A stretch of 64,000 nt of DNA from Takakia lepidozioides (taxonomy: Eukaryota; Plantae; Bryophyta). The stretch covers positions 93,434,001 through 93,498,000 of the forward strand of contig CM060731.1 in NCBI GenBank assembly GCA_030704615.1. The letters are read 5' to 3'. A program made the translations under genes and the position numbers. The notes under the pieces were generated by a model, which saw only the letters and a program-made list of their open reading frames with translations, ran no database searches and was not told where the DNA came from. Positions within the stretch are counted from its first letter, which is position 1, and the number at the start of each line of letters is the position of its first letter. Below are positions 48,591 through 61,900 of the stretch, piece after piece.

Positions 48591-50212
48591 GTACTGTAAG
48601 TTCTCCCTGTTGGAGAAAGGTCATCTGTCCTTCGAGCCGCCATTCTTCCTCGCATGGAGGAACCCTGAGCTGACTCCATGTACATTGACGTTATCGTGAA
48701 GGAGCGGCATCTGGAGCATTTGCGCGACTGCCCTTGGTATGTGGACCTTCCGCCCGGCTCGCTCGACTCATCCGAGTTCCAATTGAAGCTAAATGCGGAG
48801 GCCTGACAAAACCGGGCTCCACTGCCTCTGCTGGGTCCAAAGGAGGCGAAAGCGCTTGCCAAGTCCAGGAAAGCGGAAGAGCTTGCTTAGGTAGGTATTC
48901 AGGAGAAATTGAATGAGAAGAATAAAGGACAAATGAAAAGGACACGGAAACAAGGGAGTAAAGTAACCCCCAAAAAACAGAAAACCACCGGGGCACCAGA
49001 GGAGGCGCAGGAGGGGCCCCAAGGGAGTGACTCCGACGACGACTTTGTGCAAGGTCCTGCGACTGCTACTGCTGCTACCAAGTCACCAGTCGTCCGGGTT
49101 CCCAAGTCAGTTCGGACTGGGACTGGCTCTGCCAAGAAGTTGGCATTTGAGGGCGAGCCTACACGGCGGTATTCGGCGGTGACGTTTCCGCAGAGGCCCA
49201 AGCTAGAATCCCCAACTATCATCCAACGCGTCAATGAGAGCTTCCTTGACGCTCTGGCTGCCAGGGCGAAGAAGGTGGCACACAGCAAGTCTCTGGAGGA
49301 GCTGAAGGGGAAAGCCAAGAAGAGGGCTGCTGCTACAGAGCCTAAAGACACCCCTGGTTTGGAAGCCATGATGGAATTCTTCACGGCTGTGAGCACGGAT
49401 TGCAAGAGCACTCGGGGGGGGGGGGTTGGGTTGAGGTGGAGAGAGCCTGCGATATGATTCTCCTCGATATTCCAGATGGGGACCTGCTGGAGGCCTGGAT
49501 GGTGTGCCTACCTCGAACAGGTTTACGGAGGACTACTGGAGAGCCGGGTTTGGGCTGGCGGGGATGCTCCTGGATGACGGTGGATGTATGGTGGTCCTTG
49601 CCACAAGAGGGAAGACCACAGGGAATGTTGTGGCAAGGTAGACACCAAAAAGTGTCACCCCGGTCCTCCTCAAAAAATGGTTCTGCATCAATACGCAGGG
49701 GTTGCAAACAGAGGGCCAGAGTGTAAGTTATCAATCTATTGCATTCACTTCATATTGTGGTGTATCTAAACTAGACCCTGGAGTGGATCCCTTTTTTGTT
49801 GGATGTGTAGACATTGGTGTTTGAGGCATATTGTTTTGTGAAGAGAGGGTCTACGTTCAAATTCCGCGATGATGGTCGTCTTGTTGATGCCGTTGTGGAC
49901 ACTGTTATCTACGATGTCCTCTACAACTATGTGCCCCAATCCAGTATGCCGAAGGACACAAAGACAGACAAACCGTGTCTGTACAGCCGGACCCGGAGCC
50001 CTGCTTTCATCCAAACCCTCACGGAGACGTGCTCGGATGTCCAAGGGCGGATTCTTGACCTCACATGCGGCACGGGTAAGCCTTCACGTGCACATTTTGT
50101 CCCCTAGCCCGATTGCAATTGCATGCCGCATGCTACTAGCCATCCGCTTTGTCCCTCAAGTGCTTCAATGTGGGCAGGGACGTTGTCTGACAAGCATGTC
50201 TTCGCCTTCGAG
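48591..50212 (+). pseudogene. Second, diverged copy of the amino-MTase-like cargo gene (truncated; no ParB-like exon seen)
   Basis: VNESFLDALAAR..., CDMILLDIPDG, FEAYCFVK, YSRTRSPAFIQTL...GRILDLTCGTG|ASMWAG...HVFAFE. Intron positions match 34500-38230. Confidence 0.75.
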
Positions 50213-50326
50213 CCAGTACCACTGCCATCCATACCACTGCTGCTGCCAAGGCAAAGGATGCGCTTCCCCCACCAGCCCTTGCATTGCAGCACAAGAAAAC
50301 CATGTCCAGGTAACCAGTACCATTCT

Positions 50327-50435
50327 GGGGGGGCTGCTATTTCATGAGCGGCATGAGCATGAGCGGGAAAAAAAAAAACATGAGCGGACCATTGTGTGTC
50401 CACGGAAATAGGGTTAGGAGGCACGGAAATAGGAT
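50327..50435 (+). repeat. Left terminal inverted repeat of another family member
   Basis: GGGGGGGCTGCTATTTCATGAGCGGCATGAGCATGAGC. The downstream gtgtcc.cgg.atagggtt also matches the E1 left end. Confidence 0.85.
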
Positions 50436-50569
50436 CATGTGAAGTTGGAATGTGGCACCAGTGGACTCGTCATAGCAATGAAATGCAACATTTTATTGCA
50501 AATTTTGTGGCAAGCCACATCTATACAAGTGTGTCCTAACTGTCATAGCCGGAATGGGCACTACTCTCT

Positions 50570-53480
50570 TACACCCTCCGAGGAACTTGCCCCACCTTCC
50601 TCCTCATCCCCCTCATCCCCCCCATCCTCCGAGCTCTGTGATGCATCAGTTCCACTATGCCTCTCAAAAATTCCGTCCTCTCCTTGGGGGACTGTCCACA
50701 GGCTCGCGGGCCTGGAGATCGATTTGGGCGGCATGGTGCAGGTCCGTTGTCATCTCGCGCAGCTTAATCCGTCTTGTTTTGAGGAGGTCTCAAGACAACC
50801 ACTTTTTGGCAATGTTGCTAGGAACTCTGAGGTTCTTCTGAAGTGTACAGTCTGTTGCGCCCATTGGGAAGTTGCTAATATCAGCCATTTCTCCCACGTT
50901 TGGGAGAACGGTGCTCTCCTCCCTAGACCTATAGCAGCTTCTAATTTAATTCCCAGAAGAGCGGCTAGTGGTTGGGAGGCTGTCACGAATGACTTCCCTC
51001 TTTCCTGGATCTCTCTGGCTTCCTATTGCGAATCTCAGAATGTTGCCAGTTTGGTTAGGGGTTCATTTCCAAGGGAGCAAACTGACTTTTTTTGCTATTT
51101 CAAGGGTTGAAGCCTCCCTTCATGGTTGGGGGTTCCAGGTGAAAGCCTCTGGAGCCCTCCACTCCCCTGTTCTAACTGAGATTGAAGAATCCCAGTGCTT
51201 CCCGATTCATATTTTTTGCCTAACACTACAACAAATTGCGGCTTTTACGTCTCTGTATTATGATTGCAAATGCAGTTATGGAACAATTGAAGAAGGAGGT
51301 GGCAGTGACTCTTTGTCTTTTGGAGAAAGAGTTTCCACCCTCCTTTTTTTTATGTTATGACACATTTACTTATCCACTTGGTGGATGAGCTGGATTTGTG
51401 TGGACCTGTAGCTTCTCGGTGGATGTACCCGGTGGAGAGAGCAATGAAGGATTTTAAAGGGTACGTGCGAAACGTGGCAAAGCCTGAGGGCAGTATGGCG
51501 GGGGGTTACGTGTTTGACGAGGCATTGACCTCACCTCCTGGGAATCTTCTGCCTCTTCTCCCCCACTTTCCTCAGCAGAATCCAAGACAAATCTATGAGC
51601 CTGACGGGCTCTAATAGCTGCTGCCTCCTCCCTCATCTTCATTTTCTTGAGGCTTGCCTTGTCTAAAATCTGTTGTACACGACTAGGTCCAGAAGACCTC
51701 CTAATGGACACCGAAGCAAGCCGGGCAACATAAGTAGGAAGGATGTAGTCCCTTTCTAGACTCGACATGAAATCCCCCCTGGCAAAAAAAGGCACGTTCC
51801 TCCTACCCATGAACTGCGGTGTAGACGTCCCTCCTGTAGTACTTGGCATCCTGCAGTAAGAACAAATCCACTTTAAGAATGTCAATACCAGCATAAGCCA
51901 AAAATGGTCTTTCATTGAAATAAGAGAGCGAAGGGAGGTGCCTCACGAGATCAGGAGGCAACTTACAATGCGACCACTCACTCATAAACCGGGGGCTCCT
52001 CGGCCTCGATCCCAACTTGTATCTCCCCCACCTCCTTCTCGGATTCTTCCTCATCCTCCGAGGATGCCTCTTCCTCTTTCGGCAGACGTTCAGCCGCTGC
52101 AAGTTCAGAGTTGTGGAGGGTTGGGATTGTTTCTGTAATCCTGATTCCCTGGCTGGTAATTCCCCCTTGGATTACCCGTGTATGAACAGCGGCACCTTTG
52201 GAGGTGGAGCATTTTTCTGAGCCAAAACTAGATTGACCATCAACCTCTCGGCTTCATCCTCATCTGTGGGCCACACCTCAGGGACAGAGGGGACCAGCCC
52301 CACATTCCTCCTGTTTGACGTCATATTGCTCTCTATCCCATTTTGAAATGTTCTCATCCACGAACACCCTTCTACGAGCCTCCAACTGAGACTGAGCTGT
52401 AACCAATTTGGGTTCACAATCTAGCAATGCCTTGGTATAGTTGAAATGTGCAAACACACGTTGGCATTCATTCAACTGAGCAATATGCTCACGACATACC
52501 CCAGGACGGCCCCCAAATAGCTCCACCACTTTTTCAACAACTGCCTTCTCCTCTGGAGATGCATGGATCCGCTCCCCCTACATTGGAGATGCAAGGTTCA
52601 TTTCAGTAGTCATAGTAAACTTACTACAGCTCGGAACTTCAAACAAATTGTAGAGACGCGCATCATGAAGGAAGGAACATGTAAAAGAAGGTGCAGGCCA
52701 GAAAGTAGGTGTACGTACCCATGCCTTAAGCCACCATTGACCAAAGGCAGTGCCTATCATTTGGTCTGAAAACTTGAATTTCCCAATAAGTGCAACAAGG
52801 CGGTCCGGGAAAGAAGCATCATCCAGAGAAGGGAATCCCTTGGGCAGCAAGCCGTACTTCATTAGATAGGTGAGTCCTGGGCATGGAACAGGTGCGGGTT
52901 TTGGAGGCACAACAATATCCGAGGTCAGCAGCAAGGATGCCTTGACAAAGCCATCTATGGCCTCTTCTCTACTTAAAGATGCAACAGCTACCTCCTTCAC
53001 AATGTGGTCTTCAGGTCAAAGACTTTCCTGTGGCACAGCAGCAGGTCCATCCAATGTAGTCTTCACAATGCGTTGAGCTTTCACGATGTCCTGTGGCACA
53101 ACAGCAGGTCCGTTCAAAGTAGTGTTGCCAATGCGTTGAGTGGTAACAGGTACCTGTGGCACAACAAGAGGTCCGTCCAAAGTAGAGTTGCCAATGCGTT
53201 GAGTGGTAATAGTTACCTGTGGCACAAGAGGAGGTGCGTCCAAGATGGAGATATCGTCATCCTCAGAATCATTCCCCGGCTCCTTCCGTAGACTCAACTG
53301 CTTCCTGCGCTTAACATCTCGTGTAGCCTCCTCCATAATACTATTGTCACCCTCTACCCTCGTCTTCATCCCTTTTCCAGGACGCTTCAGCCCATGCTTA
53401 CAAAGAACACCCTCCATGATGTGCCTCTGCCCCGGCTCAAACACAGGGTACATTTTCAGTTTAGGACCACCCTTTCCCAC
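50570..53480 (-). pseudogene. Degenerate cargo gene sharing its C-terminal module with the MTase-like gene; 63-bp coding repeat at 53027-53245
   Basis: NVPFFARGDFM...DYILPTY...SRVQQILDKA...FVLDSAEES (51454..51915) and PQGEDGIFE (~50665-50692) match 34500..35000. Confidence 0.55.
51320..51527 (+). mobile_element. Isolated CACTA transposase (DUF4218-type) fragment
   Basis: EKEFPPSFF..MTHLLIHLVDELDLCGPVASRWMYPVERAMK, homologous to 57233..57886. Confidence 0.85.
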
Positions 53481-53826
53481 AACAACATCACAGCCATTTA
53501 TCCTGTGAATGTTAACTTTCTTATTATCTTTAAAAACTTTACGATAGTGAGTACATCTAAATGGCTTCCTATTATCATCACCAGACTCTTCAAGCCTTGC
53601 CTCAGAGTGAGCCTAGTAAGAAAATCTCAGAGGTAGAGAATAAAACTAGCTTTCCAACAACATATGAGAAACCCATAGTGCACGTACGTTCTAAACACGC
53701 TCTAAATATGTACTAAAACATGTCTGTAATATACTAATTACGCACTAAGCACATGTTGAGGTTACAAGCAAGTTACAAATATGGCCAAGAATAATATCCA
53801 ACGGGACGCGAATTCGTGCAACTCAC

Positions 53827-55913
53827 CTCCCGCATATAGTCGCCGAACTGGAGGAAACGATAATGCCACCATGCTAGCCAACTGACCATTGCTCCTTCGT
53901 CTGATTTCCTTACAGCACCTGACGATGTCCACCAAGCCCGTATGCATGCAAACTGTGTCTCTGCATCATCCAAGGTGGGAGCGCGTTTCCACGCAAGGCA
54001 CATGGAACGGTGCTCCTCTCTGAAATCTGGCGCCACGAGCCTGGTTGTGTACTGCGAAAGGCTCTGCAGAAAATGGAACCCACAAGATCTCTCCTTGCCT
54101 TCCATGGGAACATTGGGGTCTTGCCCGTACACCCTTCGGATGGCAGCCCAATTTGCTTGTGCGTTGTCCGCCATGAAACCACGGAAATTGGGAGGGGCAA
54201 TCCCGCCTTGGCCATCTGTTCGTTTATTCCCTGCCAAAGAAGCATCTCCGATTGTGTGTCCTATCCTTTCATCTCACAAATAGCAATTGTCATTAGCATC
54301 CTGCAGTGGGTGTCGTAGACATGTGCGCCCATTGTCACCCACTGGTGATTTGTAATTCGCTTGATATGGTCGAACATGACCCAACTGTTTGACAAGTTCC
54401 CACTCGTCATCATGTCGACCAGTTCGACGCCACTGCCAGGTCCACACGTGGACATTTTGAATACGAAACAACGATCTGCCTCAGTCCCTTGTCCTGGAAA
54501 CCTACTTCCATGAATGTAGTCATATCCACATCGTCGCTTCACCTCCAGAATGGAGTGCATATCCGAGCCACGCCCAATTTTCTGTTTGCATGAGACAATG
54601 TGGTTTCGGACATTCGGTGAACATACGTGGGACACCGACTCCAGCAATGCCTCCATTTCCTTCTCGTCGAGAGGAACTCTATCGGAGCCGTCTTCCGACA
54701 TAATTCTGGCCAATGCCATCTTATGGGCGGCTTGGAGTTGTATCTGTTTGGGTTTGGCACCCGGTCTCAACTTAACCTCCTCCTGAACGAGCTGCTCTGC
54801 TTCGTGGGCAGCCTCCCGCGAGTTCCCCCTCGCCAATTTGTGACAATGGGAACCAACGTGTATGCAAGCTCGGGTGAGGTCAGGGAAACGGTGCAACACA
54901 TAGAACTGCTTGGCATTACAAACAGACATGCAGTGTGGTGGTTCTTTGCAATGCGCACACTTAAATGTGGAGTTCGGAACCTTCTCCTGAGCTCGAAATG
55001 GTTGGTGAGCTGTGCCTGTCCAATCGGTCTCGTTCCTGTGACCTCTGGATTTAAAGTGGAAGCAAGTTGGGGAGAAACACCGCAACGCGCCCGCACAAAC
55101 AACGTAGCGCACCCGCACACCATCAAGCATCTTCATGCTGGTGGTTTTGGTAACGCACCAAGGATGACCGTCATGTTTTCTATCCATATCTGTCAACATT
55201 CCGGACGCCCTCGAGTAGTCCGCCCGAGGAGGGAACTCAAAGAAGATATTACCGTCGACGTCGGCGGGAAGGCATGTAACCGATTTAATTGCGAACTTGC
55301 TGTAGTCCAGCCCGGCCAGCTCCGACCGGTGTCCCTCCAGGTGAAGCCCTCGCAGAATTTCTAGAATAGATCGAACTGCGGTGCTCGTGCTGGGAATATG
55401 ACTCCCTCCTCCACTGACGTCCATTGAGGACTTGCCTGATCTCCAGGACGACCTCGGAACTTCCATGACCTCGTCTGAGTCGGACAGGTTGTGAACAACC
55501 CGGTTCTCGGTCGTCTTCATGGATGGGTTCGGCTCTGGATTTACTTCGTTGCGGACTTCTCTCTTTGAGGTACCCACTCTCTGATTCGCGGATTGTTTCG
55601 TGGAAGGCGCCAGGATAGACGGTGCATTTGGCGGGCAAATGAAGTCCCCAACAGCCCTGTATATGACGCTGTCCGATGGTGGAACTCGCCATTCCCTGCC
55701 ATCGCCGAAATCATCGTGGAGCACAACAATACTCTCGACAACAAGGCCGTTTGAGTCCTTCCTTTCCTCCTCCAAAAAAACCGACCCCGGTTTCAGGTGG
55801 TATCGAACGCACAGATATTTCTCCATCACCCGGCAGGTGTCCCCTCTGCACGGAAATGAAGCTCTATGCTCGTGAGGAGGGCAGTACACTGTAGCGCTCG
55901 GGTTTTCCGCCAT
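53827..55913 (-). pseudogene. Mutator-like transposase copy C, exon 1 only (GCM-like domain and first two catalytic D)
   Basis: MAENPSATVYCPP start, DGHPWC...CIHVGSHCH, WVMFDHIKR, FMADNAQANW, SCGFH. Ends at the same splice donor as copy B (MRE|gtgag). Confidence 0.87.
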
Positions 55914-55914
55914 G

Positions 55915-58900
55915 GCATGATTCATGCCTGTGAGCGTGGTTGTGTACTCTTCCGTGGGGAGTATGAGAATGTAGACATTTGCCCAGTGTGCCGCAGTTCC
56001 CATTACATTCCAGGTCGTGGAAGTGTGCCCAAGAAAGTATTGCGACACTTCCCTGTCATTCCAAGGTTGAAACGTATGTACCGATGTAAATCGATCGCTA
56101 ACCTCATGACATGGCACGACAGACATAAGAGCCAGGATGGGTTGGTTCGACATCCAACTGATAGCAAAGCATGGAGACACATTGACGCCACATTTGAGGA
56201 TTTTGCTGCAGAGCCACGATCTCTGCGATTTGGATTGGCCTTAGACGGTGTAAATCCCTACGGAGCTCAATCCACAAGTTGGAGCACATGGCCCGTTCTC
56301 TTGGTCAATTACAATCTGCCTCCGTGGTTAATGACCAAAAAGTTCTTTGTCATGTTAGCGCTACTAATTCCTGGTAAGGAGTCTGTTACCTCGGACAACG
56401 TAAATGTTTACCTGATGCCCCTAGTGAAAGAGCTACTGGAACTATGGAGAGGGATTGCAGCTCATGATGTTTCCCGTCCTCGTGGTCAACGCGAATTCAC
56501 ACTGAGGGCAGTGTTGATGTGGTCAATCCATGACTACCCTGCATATGGCTTGCTCTCCAGTCAAGTGACGAAAGGTTATGCTGGTTGTCCAGCTTGTGGA
56601 CCTGGGGTGACTTCACAGCAGTTACACACATGTGGAAAAACTGTTTTCCTAGGCCACCGAAGATTTTTGGCCCGCAATCATCCATATAGAAGGTCAAGAA
56701 TGTTCAATGGCGCTACTGAGCATGGAACTCCTCCAAAAACGCAGACTGGAACACAAATCAAGGAGCTTGCAACAGCTCGCACTGCATGGGTGAAAAACGG
56801 AGGGACGCCAGATAGCAGGACAGACCCAGCAAAAACTAATGGAGTTAAGCGATTGTCAATTTTATATGTCTTACCTTATTGGGAGGTAATTCCTTCATGG
56901 CATTTAAATTGGCTGTGTACATTTTTGCGTTTTCTGTTTAAATTGTGATGAGTAAATGCTCAATTGCTTATGTGTTCATTTTGTAAGGTCTCCTCATCCG
57001 CCACACATTTGACGCAATGCATTGCGAGAAAAACTTGGTTGAAAATATTATTAAAAGTATCTTTGGTGATAAAGACACATTGAAAGTTCGCCGTGATTTG
57101 GAGCTACTTGGGATGCGCCCGGAATTGTGGCTACAACGTGATCCTGACAGAGCAGATACGTTAATTATGCCTCCTACCCCTTATGTCCTCACTGAGGCTG
57201 AGTTACAAGTCTTTCTGGAGATTGTGTAGAACTTGAAAATGCCAACAGGCTACGCATCAGCTTTCAAAAAACATGTGGTGAACAAGAAGTTGTCTGGCAT
57301 GAAATCACATGACTATCATGTGCTCATGCAGCAAATTATACCGCTTGCTATCCGTGGGCTCATGGCAAGTGGTCCTCGAAGGGCCATTTTGCGAGTATGT
57401 CATGTATTTAAGAAGTTGTGTGCAAAAGTGGTGAATCCTATAGAGTATGAGGAATTGAGAACTGAAGCAGTTGTCACTCTATGTCTTATAGAGAAGGAGT
57501 TCCCACCATCATTTTTTGATGTGATGACACATCTGGTTGTTCACCTAGTGGATGAGTTGTACTTATGCGGGCCCGTAGCATCTTGTTGGATGTACCCCAT
57601 GGAGCGGGCAATGAAAGATATGAAGGGCTACGTAAGAAACATGCCAAGGCCCGAGGGGAGCATGGCAGAAGGATACCAATTTGAAGAAGCATTGGGTTTT
57701 TGCACAGAGTATATGGCAGGATTTGATGGAAGTGTACGAAGGGTGTGGGATGCAGATGAGGCAGAATCTGTGGAACGTGAAGTTGTGGAAGGAAGTTCTA
57801 AAGCCCGAAAATTGAATGATCTGTGTGATATTGTACATGAGTACATCATTCAGAACCATCCTCGTTTGTCAGTCATGTTGGGATAAGAAATCTACTTCAT
57901 TGACATTCAGATTTCCAAGTTTTAGTCATTTATCATTAGTTGGCATATGGCGTCTTTTCATATCTCCCACGCCACCTCTGTCAATCTCCTGGCTGACCCT
58001 CGGATTGTGACAGGATATATGAAGTAGAGTCCACACGGATAGAAGCCAGACGACGCTTGTTTCGTGAGGAGCAAGGGCTGGAAGGCATGAGCAATCCCAC
58101 GGCAATTCAGTACCCTCCTGATTTGCATCATTGTCCTCCATTTACTGTTTGGCTCCCTCAAGGTGTACGGGATCATATCTCAATTCAATCAGATGGGCTT
58201 GATCCTACAACACGTGAGGAATTACTGGATCTTTCAAGGCCTCCATCATTTACTGCCCTGTCATTCAAGAGTATGACAGCGTATGGTAACCATTACAGGG
58301 TTACATCCCCCGGCATGAACACAACAAGTATGGTGTCTTTGGATTGTGGAGTCTCATCTGTTTTCCAGCACCAGCCCATTACCAACAATTCAGGCAATGA
58401 CATGGAGGAACCTACAAGATATGTGGGTCTTATAAGGGAGATTTTGCAAATTGATTATGGCCAAACACAGCCTATAGTGTTTTTGTGTTCGTGGGTACGG
58501 GCGAGTCGCGTGGGTCGTCAACCTATGTCAATGAAGCAGGATGATGCTGGCTTCACACTGGTCAATTTTAACCGTATGCTTCCACCTTTTGAGCAACCTT
58601 TTGTGTTTCCTGGCCAGGTTGATCAAGTGTTTTTTTCTGATTGTGTGAAGGAGCCGGGGTGGAAAGTCGTCCTGGAGAAGAGCCCCCGAACACGTAGAGT
58701 GGTCTGCAACATATCAATTGATAATGATGATGTGGCGGAAGTGGAAGGATTGTTAGCCCCACAAAGACTAGAGGAGACTCTGGTTACTCATGGCCCAACA
58801 TGCAGCCGAGTGGTACCGGTTACTCCAGAGCAGGTGGCCTCCTTGTACCTCCGAGCACCCCGTATACATGGTGATGATGTTCAGCCAACCCTTGGACAAG

Positions 58901-61900
58901 ATCAAGTCTGTGATGAAGACAGTGATACATGTAGTGACCCAGACATAGATGAGGATGATAAAGATTAGATATGCTAGATTTGTGCACTCCAGTTATAGAC
59001 CATGCATGATAGTTTAAGGTGGTAACACTCCCTTCGCATTCCCATTAAGATATCATGATTGGACAGTGGATTTTATGATCAATTATGGAGTGCTTTCCTT
59101 TCAGTACCCTTTATTCATTTGTTGTTGCAATTGGCTTTGGACCAACCCGTGCTGGTACCATTGCCATGGGTTCTGCCTGTAATGTTTTCTTGCCATGGAT
59201 TCGGCACACGCCACGAAAGGCCATCCAGACCATCCTCTGGAAATGCTCCAATGTTGTTTCAAACATCTCCATATTGCAATGGATACAACACTGACATTAG
59301 ATGAGTGAAAGTGAGACTAGACCTCCAGCCAGCCGGCTTTCCCACATCAAATTGAAGGGGATCTGTAGAGGATAGATAACGGTTGTTGCCTTCTCAATGT
59401 CTTTTCCAATCACCTCTGCAATGAACTGGGGTATAAGATCCTTCAAATCACAAGTTTGAGCATCACGCACAAGCCACTTACGGGGATAGAGTTTCCAATG
59501 CGAACCATTGGTCTTTTATTGATAGCATTGTTGTAAAATACATGGACCAACATGGTCATTTTCGGGAATGACATATAGTACGCTTTCATGTACTAAGTAA
59601 GCATGCAACTATGTACCAGTGACGTGGCTTGTTCGCCACTTAACATGTTTGCCCATTCAGCCATCTCCACATTGCCATGGATTTTGCATGCTGGATTGTG
59701 AGGCCATCCACGCCGTCCTCTGGAAATGCTATCATGGGGTTTCAGCTATGTCCACATTTCCCTGGATTATGCCTGCATGAAGCAAGGCCAACTGCATTCA
59801 GCACCCTCCACTTTATTTTAGTATTGCAGCAACATTCAAAGCACTTCAATTTGTATCCATCGAGAACATCTAGGCTGGAAAAAGAAATTGTTGCAGCAGA
59901 ACTTAGGAAAGTACTTCTCCCCTTCCACTACACACGTGAAATGAAAGAAGCCAACCAACAGCATATCAGCCAAGAAAATATGAAACCAGCCAAGAAAAGA
60001 GCCAATATATGCAGTGAAGGTCGACACTAAATGAAACTTATCCAACACTTACATTAGAGGAGGGAAGCTAAGTCTTACCTCCATAAGCTTGCCCACATCA
60101 AATTTGGGAGCTTTCAGAATTTTTCCTTTCCGGTTGAATGAACTTGGCTACAAGATCCTTCAAATCACAAGTTTGAGCTTCACACACAATGAACTTACAG
60201 GGATTGAGCTTCCAATGCGAACCAGAAGTCTTATATTGATAGAATTGTTGTAAAATACATGGACCAACAATGACAGTCTCTGGAATGACATATAGTACAG
60301 TTTCTTGTAGTATGTCGCACACAACTATGTACCAGTGACGTGGCTTCTTTGCCACTTGCCTCCTTTGCCCATTCAGTCATCTCCACATTGTCACGGACTC
60401 TGCATGCACCACGCAAGGCCATCAACACCATCCTCTGGAAATGCTATAATCAGCCATCTCCACATTGCAATGGATTTTGTCCGCACCAAGCAAGGCCAAC
60501 TGCATTCAGCAGCCTCCACTTTATTATGGTATTGCAGCAACATTGAAAGCACTTCAATTAATATCCAACAAGAACATGTAGGTATGAACTTACATTCGTA
60601 CTCCTCCCCTTCCACTACACACGGGCAATTTAACCCCTGGTACCTCAACATGCTCCCCTTCAAGCTCTTCCAACTCACCAACATGTCGCTCTATCTTTGC
60701 TCCCACCTCCTCACTGTATGTGATCCCCATGAAAGCAGCCAAGCAACAAGATACCAGCCAAGAAAACAACCAATGTATGCAGTGAACGTCGACACTAAAC
60801 TGAAACTAATCCAGCACTTAAATTAGAGGAGGGAAGCGAGTTCTACCTCCATAAGCTTGCCCACATCAACTCTGGGAGCTTTCATAATATTTACTTTATG
60901 GATGAAGGTGTTATGTATAGGATACATACTGGTTGATATCTTCTCAATGTCTTTTCCAATCACCTCTGGAATGAACTTGGCTACAAGAACCTTCAAATCA
61001 CAAGTTTGAGCTTCATGCACAATGATCTCCCTCATCTTCCACCGAAGCAAGCTGAGACATGGTAACACTACTTACGTCAGGCTGCATATCGCGAAACTGG
61101 TGAAGGACCTGCATGGAAATACTGGCTGCATACAATGTTTTGCAGTGTTCCTGACAAGCAACCACCATTGCAACCGTCATGTTCTATGGAAATTTCTGTC
61201 TCTGTCTCTCTCTGTCTCTCTCTCTCTCTTTCCCACTCACACATGAACCTCAGAAATGGACATCAGAGACCTGAAATGCCTTCATTATCCCCAAAAACTA
61301 TTGGCTGGTGTACTTGAGGTTCTATTTCTTTCATAGACTGCCATTCAACTTCTAAGAATTGCATCATTTTGTCGAAGAGCCCTAGAAATTGTCTGACATT
61401 TTTAAAATTGTGCGTAGCAAGTGCGCTTAATGTGGTTGGGTCGCTTCTTTGTGAAGCCAATGCAGAAAATCCGCAACATGTAATTGTCTGTTGTTTTCAC
61501 ATCCACATGTGACTCTATCAGACTCTACCATTTCCGCACCAGCCTCCATCAACTTGTCTGTGGTGAAATTTATTCCCTGGACCAATCCCAAGTCAATTTA
61601 CAACACGGCCTTTAACCCTGACAACAAAAAAAACTCACTTTAGAGTGCCAAAAGACACAGATTTACCTGAGAATAAGCACTTCAATTTCGCTATGATGTA
61701 CTGAGTGATAAGAGCCCCATACTAGAAGCAGCACTGCACCCACTTAAAATGAGAGTAACCTAAAAGTTAGTGAGGACATTGCGACCCTGCACATTCTTGG
61801 TGAAGCCAGTTTGGCAATTCGCAGAGAGAACACATATACTGGCGGCCAGCTTCAACCTTTCCTTTGTAATATCTTCCATTATTTGACCGGCCAACCTGTG

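Noticed and set aside
50327-50435. Pairing this left TIR with the right TIR at 31109 as one intact element
   Set aside because: Order and orientation are incompatible without rearrangement, and no matching TSD was found.
55914-56180. N-terminal ~89 aa of the 639-aa ORF 54261..56180
   Set aside because: It is the antisense of the CACTA transposase joined at a breakpoint. Homology to copy B starts at MAENPS (55913).
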